Below are positions 37,630 to 45,427 of a stretch of DNA of 64,000 bases, in pieces (within the stretch, counting starts at the first letter, position 1; every line of letters begins with the position of its first letter). Both the position numbers and the translations under genes were made by a program. The stretch covers positions 8,901 through 72,900 of the forward strand of contig JAZNQF010000080.1 of assembly GCA_045590055.1 (NCBI GenBank), read 5' to 3'. The DNA comes from Acutalibacteraceae bacterium. Lineage in GTDB: Bacteria; Bacillota; Clostridia; Oscillospirales; Acutalibacteraceae. The notes beneath the pieces were generated by a model. The model had not been told where the DNA came from and did no database searches. It saw only the letters and a list, made by a program, of their open reading frames with translations.

Positions 37630-37857
37630 ATGGAAACAGAAAATGCCGTCATTGATATTATTTCCGAAAAATTCTCAATTAAAAAAGAAAAAATCTCAGC
37701 CGCCACAACCATGCGAGAAATCGGTGCGGACAGCCTTGATGTTGTGGATGTTGTGGCTGAGCTTGAACAGAAATTTGCAATCAGAGTCAGCGACGATGAA
37801 ATTGATGCAATCCGTACGGTTGCTGACATGGCTGAATGTGTCAGCCGTCACCTTTAA
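37630..37857 (+). CDS. acyl carrier protein (stand-alone)
   Basis: About 75 aa. IGADSLDVVDVVAELEQKF carries the DSL phosphopantetheine site. No fab genes are nearby. Confidence 0.75.
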   Translation: METENAVIDIISEKFSIKKEKISAATTMREIGADSLDVVDVVAELEQKFAIRVSDDEIDAIRTVADMAECVSRHL

Positions 37858-37865
37858 AGCTGAAA

Positions 37866-37913
37866 GCAGGGGAGTTGCACACTGCGGTGCATGCAACTTT
37901 CCTGCATTTTATT
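37866..37913 (+). terminator. intrinsic terminator after the ACP gene
   Basis: 14-bp stem GCAGGGGAGTTGCA / TGCAACTTTCCTGC with two G-U pairs that are valid only on the plus strand, followed by ATTTTATTT. Confidence 0.65.
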
Positions 37914-38012
37914 TGCATATTTTTATGAAAAAGGAAAATATTTTCAAAAATCAGTTGATTATTGGTTGGAAATTGTATATATTAATTACTATATATTTTC
38001 GGAGGTGTTTTT

Positions 38013-38819
38013 TTGAGTACGGTAAAATTGATGGATATGCACACCCACACCGATAATTCACCCGACGGAACACACTCAACAATGTTCATGTGCGAAACGG
38101 CGATGCTCAAGGGTCTCAGGGCAATTGCTTTCACAGATCATTATGATTTCACTCAGTTTGAAGAGTTGAACTATAAAAAGCGCAGTTCTTACGCTTTTTT
38201 TGACATGGCAAAGGCGCGCGCGGCTTTCACGGGCAGATTGCTTGTACTCACGGGCATTGAGCTTGGTGAGCCGACGTATGACGAAGGGTTTGCCGCAGAA
38301 GCACTCAAGAGGGATTATGACATTGTGTTGGGCAGTATACATAACCTCAGGGACAAACCCGATTTCAAATTTATTGATTACTCAACAGTTGACGTCAATG
38401 CATATTTGGCTGAATACTTTGACGAGGTGAACACCCTTGCAAAGTGGGGTGGCTGCAACGTTATTGCGCATCTTACCTGCCCTTTGAGATACATCACGGG
38501 TAGGCAGGGGATTGAAGTAGAGCTCAGCATTTTTCAGGATAGAATTGATGAAATACTCACAAATATCATAAAAACGGGCAAGGCGCTTGAAGTCAACACC
38601 TCGGAGCTTTTCAACTCATACGGTCACACCATGCCGGATGAAAACATCATCAGGCGTTTCAGGCAGCTCGGCGGTGAGTATGTCACGGTAGGCTCGGATG
38701 CCCACAAAGCAGAGCAGGTTGGCAACGGCATTGATGAGGCTGTTGGAATAATCAGAAGCTGCGGATTTAACAAGCTGACCTTCTTCCAAAACCGCGAACC
38801 TATGCAAATTGATATTTAA
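38013..38819 (+). CDS. PHP-family histidinol-phosphatase-like phosphoesterase
   Basis: MDMHTHTDNSPDG, FTDH, GSIH and VGSDAH metal-ligand motifs. TTG start 7 nt after GGAGG. Confidence 0.7.
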   Translation: MSTVKLMDMHTHTDNSPDGTHSTMFMCETAMLKGLRAIAFTDHYDFTQFEELNYKKRSSYAFFDMAKARAAFTGRLLVLTGIELGEPTYDEGFAAEALKRDYDIVLGSIHNLRDKPDFKFIDYSTVDVNAYLAEYFDEVNTLAKWGGCNVIAHLTCPLRYITGRQGIEVELSIFQDRIDEILTNIIKTGKALEVNTSELFNSYGHTMPDENIIRRFRQLGGEYVTVGSDAHKAEQVGNGIDEAVGIIRSCGFNKLTFFQNREPMQIDI

Positions 38820-38831
38820 GGAGAGCAGAAA

Positions 38832-40310
38832 ATGGCTCAGGAAAGCAACAAGACTACACAGGGTCTGCAGATTGACAAAAAGACGATTTTTACGGTGACG
38901 GGTCTTCTCGTGCTCATTATGATTTTTGCAGGTATTCTCACTCAGGTTATACCGGCAGGTGAATATAATGTTGACGCTGAGGGTGCCATCATCAACGGTA
39001 CATATCATACGGTTGAATCCGATTATCAGTTCTGTCGTGTGTTTATTTCGCCGGTTGAGGCGTTGGTGCGCGATACTTCAAGTGCATTGACGGGCGTAGC
39101 AATCATTCTTTTCATCATCCTCATCGGCGGCACCTTCCTTGTGCTTGACAGAAGCGGTGTGCTGAAATACATAATGGTGACCATTGTGGGCAAGTTCGGC
39201 AACAAAAAATACACACTGTTGCCGCTGATTGTGCTTGTGTGTATGGCGATGAGCTCCTTCGTCGGCATATTGGAGGAATCCATAACCCTTGTACCGCTTG
39301 CGGTTGCAATTTCGCTGGCTCTCGGCTGGGATTCGCTTGTGGGTCTTTCGTTCAGCCTTGTGTCAATTGCCTTCGGTTATGCTGCGGCAACGTTCAATCC
39401 GTTCAACGTTGTTGTTGTTCAGTCCATGTCCGATGATCTTACCCTCTTTTCGGGTACGCTTTACAGAGTGCTCGTTTTTGCCGTCGTTTACCTGGTATTC
39501 CTTGCCTTCCTCATTCCTTATGCAAAGAGGATTGAAAAAGATCCGAAAAAATCCGTTGTATATGAAAACGATATTGCACTGAGGGAACGTTTTCTCGGTG
39601 AACAGGACGGTATTGCGGGCAACAAAACCCTCGGCAAAGCAACACGCACTTTCCTTCTTTGCATCAGCGGTGTGGTTGTTGCAACCGTGCTCACCTTTGT
39701 TGTGAGAAATTTCATCGAAAATGATGCAGTTGCAGATATCATCAGCTATATTCCCATGGTTGCTATGGCGATTCTTTTCACCGTCGGTGGCATCAGGGCA
39801 GGGCATATTGCAGGCATACGCGGCAAGGCACTTGCCCATGGCTTCTGGGAAGGCGCAAAGGCAATTCTTCCTTGTGCACCGCTCATCCTTCTTGTTGTCA
39901 GCATCACGTATATTCTTAAAGCAGGCAAGGTTATCGGCACAATCCTCAACTACGTCTACGGACTGATTGACAACATGAGCCCCTTTGTTGCAATCCTTGT
40001 TATCTTTCTGCTTGTGCTTGTGCTTGAATTCTTCATCGGCAGCGGAACCGCAAAAGCCTTCCTTATCATGCCGCTTATGCTTCCTCTTGCTTCAATGTGC
40101 GGCATTTCTCATCAGAGCATTACACTTGCCTTCTGCTTATCAGACGGCTTCGGTAACATACTTTTCCCCACAAGCGGCATCATGCTTGTAGCAATCGGCA
40201 TCATCAATCTCTCTTACGGCAAATACATGAAATTCATGTGGAAAATCTTTGCGGCTGAGTTTGCCGCAAGTGCCGCGCTTATGCTTCTTGCAATAGCTAT
40301 CGGATATTAA
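38832..40310 (+). CDS. YfcC-family (DcuC-like) membrane transporter
   Basis: 492 aa, multi-TM. N-terminal pattern ILTQVIPAGEY is typical of the YfcC family. RBS AAGGAG. Confidence 0.75.
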   Translation: MAQESNKTTQGLQIDKKTIFTVTGLLVLIMIFAGILTQVIPAGEYNVDAEGAIINGTYHTVESDYQFCRVFISPVEALVRDTSSALTGVAIILFIILIGGTFLVLDRSGVLKYIMVTIVGKFGNKKYTLLPLIVLVCMAMSSFVGILEESITLVPLAVAISLALGWDSLVGLSFSLVSIAFGYAAATFNPFNVVVVQSMSDDLTLFSGTLYRVLVFAVVYLVFLAFLIPYAKRIEKDPKKSVVYENDIALRERFLGEQDGIAGNKTLGKATRTFLLCISGVVVATVLTFVVRNFIENDAVADIISYIPMVAMAILFTVGGIRAGHIAGIRGKALAHGFWEGAKAILPCAPLILLVVSITYILKAGKVIGTILNYVYGLIDNMSPFVAILVIFLLVLVLEFFIGSGTAKAFLIMPLMLPLASMCGISHQSITLAFCLSDGFGNILFPTSGIMLVAIGIINLSYGKYMKFMWKIFAAEFAASAALMLLAIAIGY

Positions 40311-40315
40311 TAATA

Positions 40316-40347
40316 AATGAGCCTGACGCGGTTGCGTCAGGCTCATT
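40316..40347. terminator. bidirectional terminator between convergent genes
   Basis: 14-bp perfect stem AATGAGCCTGACGC / GCGTCAGGCTCATT with AT-rich flanks. Confidence 0.65.
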
Positions 40348-40362
40348 ATTATATGTTTAATT

Positions 40363-40719
40363 TCAGTTTGCTGCGGCAAGTGTTACAAAAGGATTGTCCA
40401 AAATATCAAAACCGCCGAAAATGTTGTTGAATAATTTTTCAATGTTGAGGAAGATTTCGATGATTTTGTCAAACATCTGGCGGAGCTGACCTGCTATGCC
40501 GTAGCCGTCAATGTTGAGGTCGATGTCGCCGAGTGCTCCTGCAATCTGATCGAAAGCGTCGGGCCCTTCGGTGACCTCGCCGATGTCGCCGTAGATGTAG
40601 CCGTCATCGCCTACGGAAGTGTCTGTTGTGGTGGATTCTTCTGCAAATGCACAAATGCCGATTGAGAAAACTGACACGAGCATGAGCATGCAAAGCACGA
40701 GTGCCGTAAACTTTTTCAT
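40363..40719 (-). CDS. small secreted acidic protein with amphipathic F/I/L/G-rich C-terminal segment
   Basis: 118 aa. Signal peptide ending AFA-EE, a D/G-rich middle, and C-terminal FDKIIEIFLNIEKLFNNIFGGF. RBS GAAAGGAAC. Confidence 0.5.
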   Translation of the reverse strand: MKKFTALVLCMLMLVSVFSIGICAFAEESTTTDTSVGDDGYIYGDIGEVTEGPDAFDQIAGALGDIDLNIDGYGIAGQLRQMFDKIIEIFLNIEKLFNNIFGGFDILDNPFVTLAAAN

Positions 40720-40754
40720 AGTACAAGTTCCTTTCTATTTATGCCTATGTGCAA

Positions 40755-40783
40755 ATTATACCAATATTTTTGCAAGAATACAA
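40755..40783 (-). promoter_or_regulatory. promoter of the small secreted protein gene
   Basis: On the minus strand: TTGTAT, 17 nt spacer, TATAAT. Confidence 0.45.
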
Positions 40784-40827
40784 GAGGTATTTTTCATAAT
40801 ATTTAGCGTGTGCTTTTGTCACCAACA

Positions 40828-41013
40828 TAAAAAGGTGTTGCCGGCAAACAACACCTTTTATCTGAAGCAGACGGCACCCTGCGGCACAAAACAGCTCCCC
40901 TTGAGCACGTGAAACTCACACACGCACCACTGCTTTTTCCGTCTGCGAAAGCGCTGTGCGGACAAGTATGACTTTTGCGTTCGTCGCTTTCAATATTCAA
41001 GTGTGTCCCGCAC
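40828..41013 (-). ncRNA. candidate structured noncoding RNA or cis-leader, class unknown
   Basis: Gene-free segment of about 185 nt. Hairpin TGTCCCGCAC (41004-41013) / GTGCGGACA (40956-40964), with one C bulged. Hairpin CCGTCTGC (40939-40946) / GCAGACGG (40867-40874). It ends in a strong terminator, 11-bp stem 40829-40859, followed by TTTTTAT on the minus strand. Confidence 0.3.
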
Positions 41014-41041
41014 AGTTCATTTTATGACAGAGAGATAAACA

Positions 41042-41071
41042 TTGACATAATTGTGAATTTGAGGTTATAAT
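41042..41071 (+). promoter_or_regulatory. promoter of mtnN
   Basis: TTGACA (41042-41047), 18 nt spacer, TATAAT (41066-41071). Confidence 0.5.
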
Positions 41072-41171
41072 TAAAAATACATTTTTAGGCATCGGTTATA
41101 TACACAATTGCCGTAATCACGGCGGCTTAACGGTGTCGCTGATGTGAAAAAACAAATTGGAGATGTGTGAA

Positions 41172-41852
41172 ATGAGCAGAAGAGTCGGAATAATTTTTGC
41201 AGACGAAATGGAATATGTGCCCTTTGAAAAGTACGCCGAAAAGCTCGGTGGCACAAAGACCGAAACGTGCGGTTTTCGCGGCATTGAATGTCAGGTTGGC
41301 TCTGTGAAGGTGCTTGCACTTGAAAGCGGTATCGGCAAGGCCTGTGCCGCTTCAGCGTGCGCGGTGCTTATTGCGGGCTTCGGTGCTGATATTATACTCA
41401 ACGCGGGGCTTTCGGGTGCTGTAAGCGCTTGCCGCAGGGAAGATATAATTGCAGGCAACAGCTACGTTGAATGTGACATGGACCTCACCGCAATCGGATA
41501 TGCACCGGGAAGTAAGCCGGGTTGCCCGATTGTGTATGAAGCGGACGAAGCGTTGCTTTCAATTTGCAAGGAGCTTGGCATAAAGGACATGAGGCTCGGT
41601 ACGGGTGACGTGTTCCTTGCGGATAAGGTTAAGAAGGAATATTTTTTCAATACCTTTGCAATCAATGCTTTTGACATGGAATCTGCCGCAATTGCATGCG
41701 TGTGCCACAAGGCAGGTATACCTTTTATCAGCCTGAGAAAAATCAGCGACGATGCCGATGACTGCGCAACAGATGACTACCGTGAAATGAACGATCGTGC
41801 AGAAGAATCGCTCACTCAGGTGCTTGACAAGGTGCTTGCCAAACTCTGCTGA
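41172..41852 (+). CDS. mtnN: 5'-methylthioadenosine / S-adenosylhomocysteine nucleosidase
   Basis: About 226 aa. RVGIIFADEMEY, SGIGKACAA and FDMESAAIA motifs of the PNP_UDP_1 / Pfs family. Confidence 0.8.
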   Translation: MSRRVGIIFADEMEYVPFEKYAEKLGGTKTETCGFRGIECQVGSVKVLALESGIGKACAASACAVLIAGFGADIILNAGLSGAVSACRREDIIAGNSYVECDMDLTAIGYAPGSKPGCPIVYEADEALLSICKELGIKDMRLGTGDVFLADKVKKEYFFNTFAINAFDMESAAIACVCHKAGIPFISLRKISDDADDCATDDYREMNDRAEESLTQVLDKVLAKLC

Positions 41853-41935
41853 GACCGCAAAAAACGGATATAGACAAAAAATTCATATTCACTGAATAAA
41901 TAACCGAAAATTATGCCGAAAAATTCAAAAAACAC

Positions 41936-41964
41936 TTGAATTTTTGAAAATAGTTTATTATAAT
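41936..41964 (+). promoter_or_regulatory. promoter of the PHP-domain gene
   Basis: TTGAAT (41936-41941), 17 nt spacer, TATAAT (41959-41964). Confidence 0.5.
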
Positions 41965-42025
41965 TAGTAATGATTTAACATTGAGGGATTTTCGTCTTAT
42001 TTTTCCCGGAAAAGAGGTTTTAGGT

Positions 42026-42907
42026 TTGTCTGTAGCTGATTTGCACTGTCATACAAAGTTGTCCGATGGCACACTGGGTATTGATGACCTTGTAGTTTTA
42101 GCCAAGAAAAGTAATATTGATACCATAGCCATTACCGACCACGACAGTCTGGCCGGCACAGTAAGAGGCAAGCTCATTGGTGAAAGATACGGCGTACGTG
42201 TTATCCCCGGAGTTGAACTTACCGCAACCGATAAGAAGCGCGGTTCAAAAGCGCACATTCTCTGCTATCTGCCCGAAAAGCCTGACAGGCTTGAAGGTCT
42301 TTGCCGCAGGAATTCTCTTATCAGAAAAAAAGCATCGCAGTTTATGCTCATCAAAGTTGCACAGAAGTTCCCCATCAGCCCTGAATTTGTGCTTAAATGC
42401 GCCTCTGGCTCAACAAACATCTATAAACAGCATATCATGCAGGCTCTTATGGAAGCAGGCTATACCACCACAATTTTCGGTGAACTTTTCAATCGCCTTT
42501 TCAAAAAAGATTCGGAAGAATCTGTACTCTTTGAAGTAGAATATCCGTCGCCCGAGGAAACAATTGAAGCTATTCACGAAGCAGGTGGCATTGCAGTGCT
42601 TGCACACCCTGGTTTCTACAATAACTTTGAACTTCTTGAGGAGCTCATCCCTTGCGGGCTCGACGGCGTTGAAGTTTGGCACCCCGAAAACACACCTGAG
42701 CAACAGGAGAAGCTGCTTGCAATTGCAAAAAAGCACAAGCTTCTCACCACGGGTGGCAGTGATTTCCATGGTGCATACAATGCATATCCTCTTAAGCTCG
42801 GCGATTGGTCAACACCTGACGAATGTGTTGACGCACTGTTGAATTATCAGGCAAAACAACGCAGACAGCAAAAACGGGCTCTTGCTAAGCAAGCAGAAAA
42901 TCAATGA
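42026..42907 (+). CDS. PHP domain phosphoesterase (TrpH/YciV-like)
   Basis: ADLHCHTKLSDG, ITDHD, HPG and GGSDFHG motifs. TTG at 42026 follows AAGAGG; the ORF track starts in frame at 41981. Confidence 0.7.
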   Translation: MSVADLHCHTKLSDGTLGIDDLVVLAKKSNIDTIAITDHDSLAGTVRGKLIGERYGVRVIPGVELTATDKKRGSKAHILCYLPEKPDRLEGLCRRNSLIRKKASQFMLIKVAQKFPISPEFVLKCASGSTNIYKQHIMQALMEAGYTTTIFGELFNRLFKKDSEESVLFEVEYPSPEETIEAIHEAGGIAVLAHPGFYNNFELLEELIPCGLDGVEVWHPENTPEQQEKLLAIAKKHKLLTTGGSDFHGAYNAYPLKLGDWSTPDECVDALLNYQAKQRRQQKRALAKQAENQ

Positions 42908-42912
42908 ATTGG

Positions 42913-42945
42913 CAAGCGGCAGGTTGTTTCTGCCGCTTGTTTAAT
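42913..42945 (+). terminator. terminator-like hairpin after the PHP gene
   Basis: 10-bp stem CAAGCGGCAG / CTGCCGCTTG followed by TTTAATAT. Confidence 0.45.
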
Positions 42946-42975
42946 ATAACCCACACGCAGAAAGGCGGTTACACA

Positions 42976-43545
42976 ATGAATGATGATGTAAAAATCTATA
43001 AACCCAGCACAAATGCGGCGGATCAGCACGATTTGGGCGACATCCTTGAATCTGTTGGCAAGCAGCGTGCAAACGGCAACGTTGAAAAAGCGCGTGAGCT
43101 TGGCAAAAAACTTGCTGAGATTACACCTACCGGTGAGAATTCGCAAATCAGAATTGACCTCAAAAGTGCGCTCAAACCAAAGTTTTTTGCTCCTACCGTA
43201 CTCTACCAGATTATGGTTGTGATGATTTTTGCGGCGGAAGTTGCACTTCAGCTTCAGCTTTCGTCAGAGCTTCTTGCAACAACGGCATCAAATGCATTGC
43301 ACGATAGTTTGCGCAATAACAGAGGTGATTTCTATCGCAACATTTCCGACGGTGCGGCATTTTCTTTCTATTACCTTGCTGTTAAAAAGGGCGGAGACAT
43401 TGAGCGCAACATTGGTGAGGCTTTTGCCATGCTCTGTTCTGTTGACGACAACGAGAGCTTCATTGAGGCAGGGCAGACAGTGTACCGTTTGACTATGGAA
43501 GCAATTTCGGCAGAGATTGAAGCAATCGGTTTCGAAAACATTTAA
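42976..43545 (+). CDS. hypothetical protein (189 aa)
   Basis: ATG at 42976, downstream of the terminator hairpin. One hydrophobic helix in the middle. No recognisable family. Confidence 0.45.
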   Translation: MNDDVKIYKPSTNAADQHDLGDILESVGKQRANGNVEKARELGKKLAEITPTGENSQIRIDLKSALKPKFFAPTVLYQIMVVMIFAAEVALQLQLSSELLATTASNALHDSLRNNRGDFYRNISDGAAFSFYYLAVKKGGDIERNIGEAFAMLCSVDDNESFIEAGQTVYRLTMEAISAEIEAIGFENI

Positions 43546-43557
43546 CGGGGGATTTTT

Positions 43558-43980
43558 ATGAATCACGTTGAAAAAGCACGCGAGTTGTTCCTTGCGGGGT
43601 ACAATTGCTCGCAGGCTGTTTTTGCAGCTTTTGCAACAGAATACGGCATTGATGAAAAAACTGCGCTCAGCATTTCGTGCGGTCTCGGCGGCGGAGTCGG
43701 AAGAATGCGCGAGGTGTGCGGAGCTGTCGGCGGAGCATCACTTGTTTTTGGCTTGAAGTACGGCGACGATAAAAACGTTGTCTACCCCAAAATGCAGGAA
43801 TTTGCGCAAAGGTTCAAAGCTGAAAGAGAAAGTATAGTCTGCCGTGAACTGCTCAAAAACGTTAAAGTGACGTCGGGTGCTCTTGCGCAAGAGAGAAATG
43901 ATGCGTACTATCGCGAACGCCCGTGTCTCGGTGTGGTTGAGTTTGCCGCATCAATACTTCAAGATATGCTTGACAACTGA
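43558..43980 (+). CDS. C_GCAxxG_C_C family protein
   Basis: GYNCSQAV and CGLGGGVGRMREVCGAVGG match the family signature. Confidence 0.75.
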   Translation: MNHVEKARELFLAGYNCSQAVFAAFATEYGIDEKTALSISCGLGGGVGRMREVCGAVGGASLVFGLKYGDDKNVVYPKMQEFAQRFKAERESIVCRELLKNVKVTSGALAQERNDAYYRERPCLGVVEFAASILQDMLDN

Positions 43981-43996
43981 CTATTCGGTGGCTTAA

Positions 43997-44650
43997 ATGA
44001 AAAAGGATACTGTTATATTTGACCTTGACGGCACTTTGCTTGACACACTTGACGATCTTGCAGACAGTGTTGATTCTGTTATGAAAGCGTTTGGCTGGCC
44101 CTCTCACACGCGTGAGGAGATCAGGAGCTATGTGGGAAACGGAGTGCGTAAGCTTGTTGAGCGCAGTGTGCCTGACGGTGAAGAGAATCCACGTTTTGAA
44201 GAAGCCTTTGCTTTTTTCAAAAGCACTTATGCCCAAAATTGCAACGTAAAAACGCATTTGTATGACGGCGTTGAAGAAACAGTGAATGCACTTGTTTCAA
44301 AAGGGTATAAGCTTGCAGTGGTTTCAAACAAAAACGATGAAAACGTGAAAACGCTGTGTGCGCATTATTTCGGAGAAAGCATTCCTTTTGCTTTCGGTCA
44401 GAATGATTACATGCGTAAGAAACCTGCACCCGATTTGACGGAGTATGCAATCAACGTGCTTAAAAGCGAAAAGGGCAGGGTGGTGTATGTCGGTGACTCT
44501 CAGATTGATGCTGAAACCGCCTTGAACACCGGAATAGACTGCGTGCTTGTGAGCTGGGGTTTTAGGGACAGAGACGTGCTTGAACCACTCAGGAGCATTG
44601 CTGTAATTGATGCGCCGTGCGAGTTGCTGAGAGTGCTCGGTGAAACCTGA
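43997..44650 (+). CDS. HAD-superfamily hydrolase, phosphoglycolate phosphatase-like
   Basis: Motif I VIFDLDGTLLDT, motif II VVSNK, and motif IV YVGDSQID. Confidence 0.75.
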   Translation: MKKDTVIFDLDGTLLDTLDDLADSVDSVMKAFGWPSHTREEIRSYVGNGVRKLVERSVPDGEENPRFEEAFAFFKSTYAQNCNVKTHLYDGVEETVNALVSKGYKLAVVSNKNDENVKTLCAHYFGESIPFAFGQNDYMRKKPAPDLTEYAINVLKSEKGRVVYVGDSQIDAETALNTGIDCVLVSWGFRDRDVLEPLRSIAVIDAPCELLRVLGET

Positions 44651-44667
44651 TTTAAACAAAGAATATG

Positions 44668-44705
44668 AAAACAGCGATGCTTCTGGTGAAGTATCGCTGT
44701 TTTTG
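44668..44705. terminator. bidirectional terminator between convergent genes
   Basis: ACAGCGAT / ATCGCTGT stem flanked by AAA upstream and TTTT downstream. Confidence 0.55.
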
Positions 44706-44708
44706 CAT

Positions 44709-45413
44709 TTATTGTGCCGCAACAAAAAATTGCAGGATTGCAATTATGAAAAGATGCAGCGGATAGTATAAATAGAAAAACCACTTGTTGAAGGAGCCAC
44801 CCTTTCCTTTTTGACCGTTGTAAAGCAATAACAACGGTATGCAAAGGAAAAGACCGAACATATACAGTGATGACACCCATGAACTGTTCCACACAAAATA
44901 GGCGATGCATGCAATTGCCGCAAGTGAAAAATAAACACATTGCTTGATTTTGCTGTTGCCTGCGCGCATGAACACAACCGTGAATAGGGGGGCGAAGAAT
45001 ATCCAATCACAGAAAAGACTTGCAAAAACGAGTGCCGCTATGCACACAAAGCTAAGCAGCTTGTTTTTGAATTCACCGCAAATGAGCACACACAAGCTGA
45101 TAAATAACGTGAACATCATGTTGAAATCAAGTGTGTCCCACGTGTGACCGTGTACGAGTATCCACGGCACCTGAGAAATTACGGCGAAGAACAATAGCCT
45201 TATCGCATACTTTTTCCTGTTTGTTGTATGGCGGAAGCCCTGAGCGAGAAAAAAGCACATTACCGGCGCGGTTATTCTGCCGACGATGTGGAAAATCTGC
45301 GCAAGAGGGGAACTGAAATCAAGGAAAAACCACGCGACATGGTCAAGTGTCATTGCAATAATTGCAATGTATTTCAACGCGTTACGGTCAAGACCCGATT
45401 TTTTTACTTTCAT
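44709..45413 (-). CDS. TraX family membrane protein
   Basis: 234 aa, multi-TM. N-terminal LKYIAIIAMTLDHVAW is typical of the TraX family. Confidence 0.65.
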   Translation of the reverse strand: MKVKKSGLDRNALKYIAIIAMTLDHVAWFFLDFSSPLAQIFHIVGRITAPVMCFFLAQGFRHTTNRKKYAIRLLFFAVISQVPWILVHGHTWDTLDFNMMFTLFISLCVLICGEFKNKLLSFVCIAALVFASLFCDWIFFAPLFTVVFMRAGNSKIKQCVYFSLAAIACIAYFVWNSSWVSSLYMFGLFLCIPLLLLYNGQKGKGGSFNKWFFYLYYPLHLFIIAILQFFVAAQ

Positions 45414-45427
45414 AGCGCAGCACTCCG

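Noticed and set aside
40803-41000. 65-aa minus-strand ORF in the same intergenic region
   Set aside because: It has a TTG start without an RBS and a Cys/Arg/Ser-rich sequence. It reads straight through the terminator hairpin.
40867-41013. SRP RNA or c-di-GMP riboswitch identity for the structured segment
   Set aside because: It contains GGAAAAAGCAG and GUGCCGCAGGGU, which resemble SRP domain IV strands. It lacks the near-universal GGUCCGGAAGGAAGCAGC apical motif and its pairing. The GEMM-type GGCAAACC / GGGACGCAAAGCC boxes are absent or in the wrong order. It is kept only as an unclassified candidate.
42904-42975. ATGA-overlap start of the hypothetical gene, suggesting translational coupling with the PHP gene
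   Set aside because: The first 24 codons run through a 10-bp terminator-like hairpin (42913-42939) and are Cys-rich. The ATG at 42976 is the more plausible start.
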